Shown here in pieces: positions 53,620-62,532 of a stretch of 64,000 nucleotides of DNA. The stretch is taken from assembly GCA_041648665.1 (NCBI GenBank), contig JBAZOP010000003.1:69082-133081 (forward strand), given 5' to 3'. Position numbers and translations under genes: made by a program. Origin of the DNA: a bacterium (GTDB lineage: Bacteria; UBA10199; 2-02-FULL-44-16; JAAZCA01). How positions within the stretch are numbered: position 1 is the first letter of the stretch; every line of letters begins with the position of its first letter. The notes beneath the pieces were generated by a model that searched no databases, had not been told where the DNA came from, and was given only the letters and a program-made list of their open reading frames with translations.

Positions 53620-54422
53620 GCGACGCTCCGCTTCTTGAACACCGTGGTCGCGCACCCCAGCCTCTGCAACTTCTCCACAGATACTGGGCACGCGACGCCG
53701 CTGGAGCTTATCTCCCAAGCGTCGTACCCGCCCTCCATCATCTCAACACCGAACCTCTTCGCGTAGTGAGGACGCCAGCTGCACACAAAGATCGGAGGCT
53801 TCTCTGTGGATAGGATACCGGAAGCTCCCGACACGACCTCTGGTTCAGCCCCGCACGCGCCGCAGAATATCACGTCTGGAACACTCGACAGGGCGAAGTC
53901 AAGATTCGCCACTTTCACGTCCAGCGACATCCAGTCGTCAGCGCCGCAAACGATAGACCCTTCCATGGGAGAACGGGGCGGGCACCTGAGATCGTGACTT
54001 CCGCAGACATCGCTCACCGCGCACTCGTGTACGTCAGTGACGGCAGAGAGCCCGTTGAGCCTCAGATTATCCATCAGCAAGGGAACCAGCTGTGGGTTCG
54101 GCTCGAACGCGTCCACGTGTCCGTTCTCACCAACGAGATGAGCGAACAGCATAGTGTAGTAGCCAACGTTCGCGCCGATTTCCACGACGTGCATCCCGCG
54201 ACGGATGATCCCGCACATGGCAGCTGTTATCCAGCTTTCCCAGTAGCCATCGAACACGACATGTGGCGCAAACGTCGTGTCCGAAGAGAGCACGAACGTC
54301 TTGAACATCCCAAGCGTGTGGCAAAGCACTCTATCCGGCGGGAATGAAACCGCCCTAACTTTGCTGCGAGAGAACTCTTCAATCTTCTGAGGAGTGGGGT
54401 TGCTCAGGTAAATCGACATCAC
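53616..54422 (-). CDS. FkbM-family methyltransferase
   Basis: VVEIGANVGYYT...FEPNP resembles Methyltransf_21. Confidence 0.7.
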   Translation of the reverse strand: MMSIYLSNPTPQKIEEFSRSKVRAVSFPPDRVLCHTLGMFKTFVLSSDTTFAPHVVFDGYWESWITAAMCGIIRRGMHVVEIGANVGYYTMLFAHLVGENGHVDAFEPNPQLVPLLMDNLRLNGLSAVTDVHECAVSDVCGSHDLRCPPRSPMEGSIVCGADDWMSLDVKVANLDFALSSVPDVIFCGACGAEPEVVSGASGILSTEKPPIFVCSWRPHYAKRFGVEMMEGGYDAWEISSSGVACPVSVEKLQRLGCATTVFKKRSVA

Positions 54423-55210
54423 TTCCCCGCATTCGTCAGTGTGTCGTTGTACTCTTTCGCAGCGCGCAGAACGCTCATGTCCACCCCAACACTAGCGGCG
54501 GCAACGAGCATAGCGTTCGTATCCTTCGGCAGGCATTTCCCACCGAACCCCCTATACCCCTTGTGGAACACGTCCAAGTGCGTCGGCCCACACATCGGGT
54601 CCACTTCCGCCGCTCGACGTATATCCTCGTACTGTGCCCCAATCGCTTGCGACATGTCGTACATCTGGTTGGCGAACGACACCTTCACCGCGTACCAGCA
54701 GTTGGCGAAATACTTGACGAGTTCTGCCTCTGTGCTTTTCATCAGCAAGACGAACCCGGCTGGCGGCAGTAGCGACAACACCCGATGAAGAACTTGAGCG
54801 TCTCTGCTGCCCGCAAACCCCACAACGTGGCGCGCGGGGTGTAGAAAGTCGTCCACTGCTGTTGCGTCGGACAAGAACTCTGGCATGAATAGGATCGCCA
54901 AGGTAGGATGCTTGGCTTGTAGCGCCGCGGTAGTCCCCGGGGCCACGGTTGAGCGAATGACGACGATGATGCCCTCGCGAGCGGACAGCTTGCGCACAGC
55001 ATCTTCGACAGCCGACACATCGCATGCTCCATCGGCGCGTTCAGGAGTCGGCACGCACACGAATGCGACTTGACAATCGGCAACCGCATCCCAGTCGTTG
55101 TAGCCCTTCGCCGGATCGTAGACGGACAGCTCGCATCTGCTCGCGAGCCACTCTGCCATCGCGGCCCCTACCGTGCCGTGCCCAATGACCGCTACACGCT
55201 CTGCGCTCAC
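54419..55210 (-). CDS. UDP-glucose/GDP-mannose dehydrogenase-family protein, short (263 aa)
   Basis: N-terminal NAD-binding VAVIGHGTVG and central domain FANCWYAVKVSFANQ; the usual C-terminal UDP-binding domain appears absent. Confidence 0.65.
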   Translation of the reverse strand: MSAERVAVIGHGTVGAAMAEWLASRCELSVYDPAKGYNDWDAVADCQVAFVCVPTPERADGACDVSAVEDAVRKLSAREGIIVVIRSTVAPGTTAALQAKHPTLAILFMPEFLSDATAVDDFLHPARHVVGFAGSRDAQVLHRVLSLLPPAGFVLLMKSTEAELVKYFANCWYAVKVSFANQMYDMSQAIGAQYEDIRRAAEVDPMCGPTHLDVFHKGYRGFGGKCLPKDTNAMLVAAASVGVDMSVLRAAKEYNDTLTNAGK

Positions 55211-55764
55211 GCCTGCCCCTCCGCCGCTGCCTCCGCGGGGGCCATCTGCACGAACGGCGCGGTCACCTGATACTTCGCAAACTTCTTGGACCCGATCTGC
55301 TCCACCTGCTTGCTCTCCCGAAGCTCCCGCATCGCGCGCTTCACCTGCGAGATCGACCAGTCGAACTGTGTGGCGAGCGAGCCATGGATCTCCGCCAGCG
55401 CGACCGGCTCCGCGAACCCACTCAGGTAGCTCAGGATCTCGCGCTTCACGTCCTGCATCGGCGCAGCCTTGGACTTGCTCACGATGACCTTGCTCTTGCC
55501 GATCACCTTCTTGGCCCGCTGCATGAGCCCAGAACGCTTCTTCTGCACCTTACCCATCGGCTTACCGTCCCGGGCCACCTTGCGCGCCCCGCCCCGGCGA
55601 TCCCCTCCCGCGTCCAGGTACATCTCGTGCAGGAACTGCTTGTGCGCCTCGCAGTGCGCCTCCGCGAGCTTGTCCGTGATCTCTTTCGAGTAGAGCGGCC
55701 TGAGCGTCGCAAAAAACAAGTCGTAGAGCGACGAACGCGCCTTCTCGATCTTCTTTTGGGACAT
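55207..55764 (-). CDS. hypothetical basic protein (185 aa), first gene of the glycan-modification operon
   Basis: ORF track entry; ATGA overlap with the next gene. Confidence 0.5.
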   Translation of the reverse strand: MSQKKIEKARSSLYDLFFATLRPLYSKEITDKLAEAHCEAHKQFLHEMYLDAGGDRRGGARKVARDGKPMGKVQKKRSGLMQRAKKVIGKSKVIVSKSKAAPMQDVKREILSYLSGFAEPVALAEIHGSLATQFDWSISQVKRAMRELRESKQVEQIGSKKFAKYQVTAPFVQMAPAEAAAEGQA

Positions 55765-55772
55765 GCGAAGAA

Positions 55773-55801
55773 TGATTAGCCGAACAACAAGAATTTGTCA
55801 A
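55773..55801 (-). promoter_or_regulatory. near-consensus sigma70 promoter TTGACA-N17-TAATCA, giving an essentially leaderless transcript
   Basis: Minus strand reads TTGACAaattcttgttgttcggcTAATCATtcttcgcATG; the ATG lies ~13 nt after the -10. Confidence 0.55.
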
Positions 55802-56205
55802 CGCGCCGTCATCGCACGATAGGCGAGGAAGCCAAGGATCGCTGCGATGACCACGACGGCTGCGCGTGGCGAGGAGGCCACGGATGCTTGGATCACAGGG
55901 GGTTGCGTGATGACGATCTCGGACTCCGTTTCGTCAGGCGGCGTCTCTTCGTCTGGGACTTCCGGCGAAAGGGACGCGTACAAGTTCGATAGGGCCTGCT
56001 CGATGGCCGAAGCGTAGTACCCGTCGATCTGAGGCTCGTCCCCGATGATGATGAGCGGCACCTGCTTGATGGCCGAGTCCTCGCCCGCGTCGTGAACGTT
56101 GACCGTGACGCCGTGGGAGGCCGGGTCCGACGCCATGATCTGCGCCTTCGCTTTTTCGCAATGCTCGCAATACGGTCGCGTAAAGATGTCGATCTGGGTT
56201 CTCAC
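55798..56205 (-). CDS. glutaredoxin/NrdH-like protein with C-terminal TM anchor
   Basis: VRTQIDIFTRPYCEHCEKAK (CxxC) and PLIIIGDE...GY motifs; GTG start. Confidence 0.5.
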   Translation of the reverse strand: MRTQIDIFTRPYCEHCEKAKAQIMASDPASHGVTVNVHDAGEDSAIKQVPLIIIGDEPQIDGYYASAIEQALSNLYASLSPEVPDEETPPDETESEIVITQPPVIQASVASSPRAAVVVIAAILGFLAYRAMTAR

Positions 56206-56242
56206 GCGTGCACCGCCCGGAGGATCTTCGGGGTGAGCCCGA

Positions 56243-57412
56243 TCATTTTTCGCTACCAGACGCTGCCGGTGCAACATCTAATGCCGATGCATCCTTCAGG
56301 TTACCCCGAAGGACGGGTTGATCTCCCAAAGCTCGCAGGAAGATCCCGCGAGCGCCATTGTAGTCTCGATCCATCGAGAGTCCCGTCTTCGCCGAGCGCA
56401 CCACCTTCGAGCCGCCGAGCTTGGCGTTCACTTCACCCGTCCACGATACCGTCTTGCTCGTCCAAGCCTCGTTCTGATCGAGCACGAGCTTGCCGTACTC
56501 GAATGCCTTGTGCTTCAGAAACATCCTGAAACGGTAGTGGGCAAACGTCAGCATCGAACGCACCGACTTCGCCCGGAGCTTACGCGCACCTCGTTGCACC
56601 ATCTCCTGCGTCTCGAACGGAGGCAGGATGATCACGTCGAAGCTCTTCACTAGAAATGCCGCCACCTTGTGATGCAGCTCGTCCACGAGGTTGTGGAGCC
56701 TGCTCTGCATGTTCAGAATCGCGCGGCGCAAGTTCCGTTTTCGGAAGCGCTGCGTCTCCAGCTTGCGCCTGGAGATCAGATCGTCGATGTGCGCGCATAG
56801 CCGCTGAATCTGTCCAAAGTCACCGTCTCCGAGCTTGCCACAACCTGTCTCGGCGTAGAACGTTTGGAAGGATCGCACCCCGGGATCGAGAGCAACGACG
56901 CGCCCTTGGTTTTCGGCTGCGCATCGCTTCTGCTGTACGGGAACGATCAGAAACCAACGCCCTCTTGCACGTACCAACCGCAGATCACCGTGTCCCTTCG
57001 GCACCTCCTCGACCATTCGGATCTCGCCCTTGGAGAGAGTCGGGTATATTCCTCCACGACGGAATGCACTCTTCGGAATGAAACATGACTGCACGGGTTG
57101 TTTCCTGGACCTGAAGCCCACCTCTTGAAACTCGCCCGTCTCCATGAACTTGCGCTTCGCCGCCGACACCGCCCTGCACGCGTCCCTCATTGCCACGGAT
57201 CGGATCTGGTAGGGCGTCTCCTCGGACCATGGCGGCAACGCCTTGAGCAGGCCCGTCTTGATCTTCTTCCAGTTCGCCTTGGTGCCGGGCGTTCGGAGGA
57301 AGGCGACCGCTGCGTTGAACGCGACGCGCGAGGTCCCGAGCCATCGGCGGAAGACGCCTGCCTGCTGGTCAGTGGGGTAGATCCGGATCTTCTTTGATTT
57401 GAGCAGCGTATC
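56243..57412 (-). CDS. tnpB: TnpB (IS607-type OMEGA nuclease), start codon unresolved
   Basis: KKIRIYPTDQQAGVFRRWLGTSRVAFN (OrfB N-terminus); RuvC-I VVALDPGVR; RuvC-II ILPPFETQEM; RuvC-III DRDYNGARGI. The zinc-finger cysteines are replaced (TSKT...SAKT). No ATG or GTG lies near the homologous N-terminus. Confidence 0.7.
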   Translation of the reverse strand, partial: DTLLKSKKIRIYPTDQQAGVFRRWLGTSRVAFNAAVAFLRTPGTKANWKKIKTGLLKALPPWSEETPYQIRSVAMRDACRAVSAAKRKFMETGEFQEVGFRSRKQPVQSCFIPKSAFRRGGIYPTLSKGEIRMVEEVPKGHGDLRLVRARGRWFLIVPVQQKRCAAENQGRVVALDPGVRSFQTFYAETGCGKLGDGDFGQIQRLCAHIDDLISRRKLETQRFRKRNLRRAILNMQSRLHNLVDELHHKVAAFLVKSFDVIILPPFETQEMVQRGARKLRAKSVRSMLTFAHYRFRMFLKHKAFEYGKLVLDQNEAWTSKTVSWTGEVNAKLGGSKVVRSAKTGLSMDRDYNGARGIFLRALGDQPVLRGNLKDASALDVAPAASGSEK

Positions 57413-57941
57413 GTCTGAGGCCGTGCATTCGGCAAGAGAAGACGTGAACGATGGCAAGAAGATCGTCGGAAAGCTCCCGCTCGGGGCTGTGTTCAGTCTG
57501 ATTGAGAACCACGAGTTCTCCACCGTTATGTTCGAGAAGATGCCCGAGAAGTTCGACACCAAAGCGGGCAAGGCGGTCCTTGTGGGCAACCACAACCGTG
57601 AGCTTTGCTCCGCGTGCCAGTCGGTCCAGTAGGGAGAGCAATCCTTTACGCTTGAAGTTGAGCCCACTCCCGATGTCTTTGACAATTTCTGCGTTCGGGA
57701 AGCGCTGTCGCATGTAGATGATCTGTCTTGCGAGGTCATCCTTCTGCTTGGGAGAGGAGACCCGGCAGTAGCAGACAATAGCTGGAGGCAGGCCGTCCTT
57801 GACGAAGGAATCGACATCGAGAAGCCGCTGGCCAGCAGCGTTGCGCACGTGTTTGATGAGCCCTTCATCGGCGTACTTCCGGATCGTGTTCGGGCACATG
57901 CCAAGAATCTGGCAGGCCATCCGCAGTGGAACCAACTTCAT
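57369..57941 (-). CDS. tnpA: IS607-family serine recombinase TnpA (MerR-like HTH + resolvase domain)
   Basis: N-terminal MerR-type HTH (LRMACQILGMCPNTIRKYADEG) and catalytic serine VCYCRVSSPKQKDD. Confidence 0.8.
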   Translation of the reverse strand: MKLVPLRMACQILGMCPNTIRKYADEGLIKHVRNAAGQRLLDVDSFVKDGLPPAIVCYCRVSSPKQKDDLARQIIYMRQRFPNAEIVKDIGSGLNFKRKGLLSLLDRLARGAKLTVVVAHKDRLARFGVELLGHLLEHNGGELVVLNQTEHSPERELSDDLLAIVHVFSCRMHGLRRYAAQIKEDPDLPH

Positions 57942-57970
57942 GGCGTCTGGTAGAGAACGGTAGCATCTCG

Positions 57971-58717
57971 TTAGCTATTCGTCAACCCCCAGTGGATGTC
58001 GGCGAGCATGTACCCCACGGCCCCGAGCACGAAGAAGATGACCGCGACCTGCATCGCCCCGCTCGCCCCAGCCTGCCGAGGCGCGGACAAGCCGAGGGCG
58101 ACGAAGGTGTTGGCGGCGCGCACGAAGTTCGCCACGTAGTCGTGCTGGCCGTACATGCCCAGGATGCCAGGGCCATCAGCCATGCCGGTGTCGTTGCAGG
58201 CGCACGTCTCTGCGGGCTTCCCGCAACCGTTGTACGCCTTCACCGCCGCGAGTACCGAGCCACCGAAGTTCTTCGTCATCTTCACGATGAGGTTGCCCGC
58301 GTCGATGATCTGCTGCTCCGGGTGCTCGTTGTAGAACTGCGGCTCGTGACCGTACATCCGGCACGTCATCGGGATGAACTGCATCAGGCCGCACGCGCCA
58401 GCGTCGCTGCACACCGTGGGGTTGCCGCCCGATTCGATCTGCATGATGCCCACAAGCCAGGACGGCGGGATGCCGTTGATCTCGGCAGCGTTCTGGATGG
58501 CCGCGCCCCAGCGGCCCCAGACGTTTGTGGCCATCTTCTGAGCGCGCGCGCTTGCGATGTCCCAGGAGGGGAACCCCTGGCCTTCGACCTCGATCCGCCC
58601 GTCCTCCCACAGCCGGTAGGGGACGCCACAGGGATTGAACCACGCGCTCGGCATGGCCCCATCATACACGCGGGGCGCTTGTCCGAAAAGCGCCCGAGGC
58701 TGTATGCTCTCGTCCAT
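57971..58717 (-). CDS. lytic transglycosylase (SLT domain) with C-terminal TM segment
   Basis: IMQIESGGNP...GLMQF are SLT catalytic motifs; C-terminal AVIFFVLGAVGYMLA. Confidence 0.75.
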   Translation of the reverse strand: MDESIQPRALFGQAPRVYDGAMPSAWFNPCGVPYRLWEDGRIEVEGQGFPSWDIASARAQKMATNVWGRWGAAIQNAAEINGIPPSWLVGIMQIESGGNPTVCSDAGACGLMQFIPMTCRMYGHEPQFYNEHPEQQIIDAGNLIVKMTKNFGGSVLAAVKAYNGCGKPAETCACNDTGMADGPGILGMYGQHDYVANFVRAANTFVALGLSAPRQAGASGAMQVAVIFFVLGAVGYMLADIHWGLTNS

Positions 58718-58907
58718 GAAGATCGCCTTCTACGTCGGGTTGTGCGGAGGGTATGGGGCCATGGAGGCTCGTCAGTACGAGCGTCTACAGACAGAAACCG
58801 AAGCGCTCGCCAAAAAGAACCACGAGAAGGACGCATCGGTCCCGCTGTTTCATCCCGTACCACCGCTGCTCGTGGTAGACACGAAGGATTTTGAAGGTCA
58901 CGGATGA
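58716..58907 (+). CDS. small membrane protein (~63 aa)
   Basis: MKIAFYVGLCGGYGAM... Confidence 0.4.
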   Translation: MKIAFYVGLCGGYGAMEARQYERLQTETEALAKKNHEKDASVPLFHPVPPLLVVDTKDFEGHG

Positions 58908-59635
58908 AAGATTCGACGCCCCTCATCCTGGGAGGCCTGCTGCTCGTTGCGGGCATCGGCATCGCCAAGAGTCTAAGCGCCCGGTGCGTTCCGAACATCA
59001 AGGCGGGCTCGCGCGTCTTTCTGGTCGGCGACAGCCTTGCCGTGGGGCTCGGCCCCTACGTGAAGAAGCTCTGCACCAGCGTCGGAGCAGACTTCGATGC
59101 GGCGTCCCAGATCAGCACGACGACCGGCTTCTGGGTGGGCAACGCGGAGTTCAAAGCGCAGATCGCAGCGTTTCAGCCGACCATCGTCCTGGTCTCGCTG
59201 GGCACGAACGACACGGCGGGAAACACCCAGGCCCCGCAGCTCTCCGCCAACATCGCCGCCATGATCGACATCATCCGGGCGACCGGAGCGATCGTCTACT
59301 GGATCCTTCCCCCGACGCTGCCCTTCGCAGACAGGTTCTCGGCGCTCGTGAGGCAGACCGGGGTGCCGGTGTTCGAGTCGAGCAGGTTCGCCATCCCGCG
59401 GGGGCCCGACAACCTGCACCCCACCGGGCTGGGCTACGCATCGTGGGCGGGCGTCATTTGGCAGACCGCAACGTGCAGCAAGGAGCCACCCGCAGTCTCC
59501 CTGTCCGGGCTCGGCAGGCTGCGCTTCCTGCCCCTCAACGGTGTGAGGCCGCGGGCGAGCGGCGTGATGAGCCGTGTTGCCCCTGCGCGCCCAGTCAGAC
59601 GGCGCAAGCCGACCATCACGTTCAGACGGACTTGA
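58904..59635 (+). CDS. SGNH/GDSL hydrolase with signal peptide
   Basis: VFLVGDSLAVG, SLGTND and D..H blocks. Confidence 0.65.
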   Translation: MKDSTPLILGGLLLVAGIGIAKSLSARCVPNIKAGSRVFLVGDSLAVGLGPYVKKLCTSVGADFDAASQISTTTGFWVGNAEFKAQIAAFQPTIVLVSLGTNDTAGNTQAPQLSANIAAMIDIIRATGAIVYWILPPTLPFADRFSALVRQTGVPVFESSRFAIPRGPDNLHPTGLGYASWAGVIWQTATCSKEPPAVSLSGLGRLRFLPLNGVRPRASGVMSRVAPARPVRRRKPTITFRRT

Positions 59636-59641
59636 GAGGAC

Positions 59642-61309
59642 ATGCTCATGCGCGCACGTAGACCGTTTGGCATCTTCAACAACGTGCCCGAGCCATTGCG
59701 CGGGCTCGGGGAGGAAGACAAGGGCGACGAGTCTGGGTGCGAGTCGCTGATCCTTGCGGGGAAAACGAAAGAGTACGAGCAGTGCGAGGAATCATACTGG
59801 GGGAGCAGCGCGGGTGACTGTCACCAGTTTCAGAAGCGCATGAGAGAAGGGGGCGAGATCAACGACGATTGGTGTAGGAGCAAAGGAGGCACCGATCCCG
59901 AGCCCTGCGTCGAGCTGGCGCACTCCTGCATTTCCACCGTGGTTTGCCAAGTCTTCAACTACATGTACGGCGGGGGCGCGTTCACAAAGCAATGCGGCCA
60001 GTACGGCGAGCCCGTGGGGGATGTGATCTGGTACCTGTCCGGTTTTCAGTTCGCCTCCGGTCTGCTTGGCCCCATTTCGGAAGCAATCAAGTGCATCGGT
60101 GCCAACTCAGGATCCTGCTGGACCAACATAGAGACCCTCTATTCCCAGTATGCGAAGGGCGTCGGGAAACTCCTCGCCGACATCACCAAACTCTGGGACA
60201 CCCAAAGGGCCGAGGCGGGGCTGCCCTGGTCTGCGGTCTGCATCGACGCCCCATTCCTGAGTATCGCCGCGATGATCGCAAGGGGAGATGTCCCCGCTAC
60301 CCTGAACGCGCCGTCGAGGGCAAAGCTCCTCAGTGCGTTGAAAGCCTCCCAGGGCTACGCGCCCAAGGGCTGGGCGGTCACGGAGGGCTACGCGCCCAAG
60401 GGCTTCACGATGGCGTGCGTCAAGGACGGGGGATGCGAGTGCCCACCGAAAACCTTCGGCCTGGAGGAAGCCTTCGTCGAGCTTTCCCTGTGGACTGACC
60501 CAAACGGGTTTCAGAAGACCATTTCGACAAACAGGCTGGTGTTCCTCAACAAGAGCAGCTGGGTGCAGGCGTTCTCACGAGGGATAGCCTCCAGCGTCCA
60601 GCTTGTGGATCCTGAGATCGCGAAAACGTTGAAGCCTGTTTCTGTGATGTCGCTTACGAGAAAGTTCATCGCGGGTCCGGTGGGCCTGTCGGGCGAAGAC
60701 ATGTCCGGGTACTCGCCCCCTATGCTCCCGGAGGGATCCAAGCCTCTCAAGCTGTTCTTGACGTACGACCTGTTCAAGCTGAACTACGAGAACAGCTCCG
60801 ACAACTGCGCCTTCAACCTGTACATCGACCAGAAAGGTGGGCCGGAAGCGTGCAAGAGCATCGCGGCCTCCAACGATTCCAGGGTCTGCGCAGGCGTTGC
60901 GCAAGAGCTTCTTAGTCAGAGGCTGGAGGCTTTGCGCCGGGTGCTCCCACTCGTCATTGGCGCGATGACGGCGCACAACGCGCACTATGCCATGCGGTGG
61001 CAGCAGTCCAAGGGAACCATCCCTTTCCCTGCCCAGGGCGCTCCCGCCAAGAAGATGTTGTCCGTGAGGGCACTGAAGCTCGACCTCGTACCGGCTGCTC
61101 CCAAGGCCAAGGTCTCCATTGCGCCGAAAAACAGGTTCTCCATCGTCCAGCCGTTGAAGCCGGGTGTGGATCTACCGGGCAGAGCAGGGTCCGTCACAAG
61201 ATGGGTGCTCATCGCGGCGATCGCGGCCCTTGTCGGTGTGGGGATCTGGGCCGGGACGAAAAAAAGGCGAGCAGCCCCGAACCGCCGCCGCAGAATCCGC
61301 CGATACTGA
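59642..61309 (+). CDS. large Cys-rich secreted protein with C-terminal TM anchor and basic tail (555 aa)
   Basis: More than 20 Cys residues; tandem GYAPKG(W/F) repeat; TM VLIAAIAALVGVGIWAG followed by KKRRAAPNRRRRIRRY. Confidence 0.6.
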   Translation: MLMRARRPFGIFNNVPEPLRGLGEEDKGDESGCESLILAGKTKEYEQCEESYWGSSAGDCHQFQKRMREGGEINDDWCRSKGGTDPEPCVELAHSCISTVVCQVFNYMYGGGAFTKQCGQYGEPVGDVIWYLSGFQFASGLLGPISEAIKCIGANSGSCWTNIETLYSQYAKGVGKLLADITKLWDTQRAEAGLPWSAVCIDAPFLSIAAMIARGDVPATLNAPSRAKLLSALKASQGYAPKGWAVTEGYAPKGFTMACVKDGGCECPPKTFGLEEAFVELSLWTDPNGFQKTISTNRLVFLNKSSWVQAFSRGIASSVQLVDPEIAKTLKPVSVMSLTRKFIAGPVGLSGEDMSGYSPPMLPEGSKPLKLFLTYDLFKLNYENSSDNCAFNLYIDQKGGPEACKSIAASNDSRVCAGVAQELLSQRLEALRRVLPLVIGAMTAHNAHYAMRWQQSKGTIPFPAQGAPAKKMLSVRALKLDLVPAAPKAKVSIAPKNRFSIVQPLKPGVDLPGRAGSVTRWVLIAAIAALVGVGIWAGTKKRRAAPNRRRRIRRY

Positions 61310-61367
61310 AACAAGTTGGAGGAACGGGACAGCTCGTGATACGCATGGTGTCGAAGGAGCGACAACC

Positions 61368-62102
61368 ATGCAATTTGTCGAGATTTTGTTCGGTATCATC
61401 CTGATGTTCGCCGCTACCCGAGGGAAATTGCCTGAAGATCAGGTGCGACTTCACCAAGTGGCCTTTGATCAGTGGGAAGCCGTCGATGCAGCGCCCCAAA
61501 CCCCTGTCCGCGGAGAAGCGGGCCGCGAAGCATCAGCGCTGGCCCTGGCAGCCGTCTCGGGGCACGAGAGCGGGTTCTGGTCCAAGGTCCAGGACTGCTC
61601 GGCCTGCTTCGTCGGTAGCCAGTATTGTGATCGCGGAATGAGTATTTCACTTTTTCAGTTGCGCACCGGGAGCGGGGCGTTCGGCGACTACACGCGCGAG
61701 CAGCTCTGTGAAAGCAATGCGCTGGCGACGGAGCGCGCGCTCGTGCTGCTCAACCGGCATCGGCGGGCGCACACGACCCTGGCGCTGTTCAAGGGCTACG
61801 CACGCGGGGGTCGCAGCGGAGCCGCCGAGGAGATGGACGCGATGTACGCGACGGCGCTGCGCAAGGCGGGCATCGTCGTCACCTACGGCACGACGGTCGA
61901 TGCCGAAGGCAAGGAGCACAGGGGGCTCAAGGCTGCTTGGCTCCCTGGCCGGAAGCCGGTGCCGGGTGAACCAGAAGCTGCCATGCCCACGTTGCCCAGA
62001 CTCGACATCCGTCTGCCCGATCCCCTGCGTATTGGGGCCTGGAACAGTGAAGCTGGTCGTCCCACATACCAACTTCGATTTCTCGCGCATCCAGGTACCT
62101 AA
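61368..62102 (+). CDS. hypothetical membrane protein, possible SLT-like (VSGHESGFW); the 3' ~175 nt are doubtful
   Basis: Trimmed to MQFVEILFGIILMF...; the last ~60 aa overlap the convergent SGNH gene in antisense. Confidence 0.4.
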   Translation: MQFVEILFGIILMFAATRGKLPEDQVRLHQVAFDQWEAVDAAPQTPVRGEAGREASALALAAVSGHESGFWSKVQDCSACFVGSQYCDRGMSISLFQLRTGSGAFGDYTREQLCESNALATERALVLLNRHRRAHTTLALFKGYARGGRSGAAEEMDAMYATALRKAGIVVTYGTTVDAEGKEHRGLKAAWLPGRKPVPGEPEAAMPTLPRLDIRLPDPLRIGAWNSEAGRPTYQLRFLAHPGT

Positions 62103-62532
62103 ACCCCGTCCTGCTCACCATTTGCACAAACGCTTCCAGCCCCTTGGCCGCTCGCCTGAGCTTCGGAGGCCCAAGCCAGACGACCTCACGAGCCCCGAGC
62201 CCATCCAGCCGCTTCGACACGCGGGCCAGGAACGGCCCCTCGTTGCGGACAACGGACGGCCCCATATACGCATCGTTCGAGCCCAGACTGACCAGCACAG
62301 CGGTGGGACGGAACTGCGCGGCCATGGCCCACAGCGGGCCGTCAGAAGCCCAGGAAATGACGCTGGAGCCAGGAGCGACGACCGCTTTGAACGTGACGCC
62401 GTCACGCGTGGCGAGAACAGGAAACTCGTGCGAGAGCAGGAACGCTTGGGAGTCCCCGATGAGGAGCACACGATCGCCTGCCGTGAGGGACATGAGCCCA
62501 ATGGTAAACCCGAGTGTCCAGAATCCCGTCAC
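61927..62532 (-). CDS. SGNH/GDSL hydrolase with signal peptide
   Basis: LLIGDSQA, SLGSND and DQLH blocks. Confidence 0.6.
   Translation of the reverse strand: MTGFWTLGFTIGLMSLTAGDRVLLIGDSQAFLLSHEFPVLATRDGVTFKAVVAPGSSVISWASDGPLWAMAAQFRPTAVLVSLGSNDAYMGPSVVRNEGPFLARVSKRLDGLGAREVVWLGPPKLRRAAKGLEAFVQMVSRTGFRYLDAREIEVGMWDDQLHCSRPQYAGDRADGCRVWATWAWQLLVHPAPASGQGAKQP

Larger units (their letters stand above)
56230..57960 (-). mobile_element. IS607-family insertion sequence (tnpA-tnpB)
   Basis: Overlapping tnpA/tnpB pair inserted between the glutaredoxin-like gene and the SLT gene. Confidence 0.7.
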
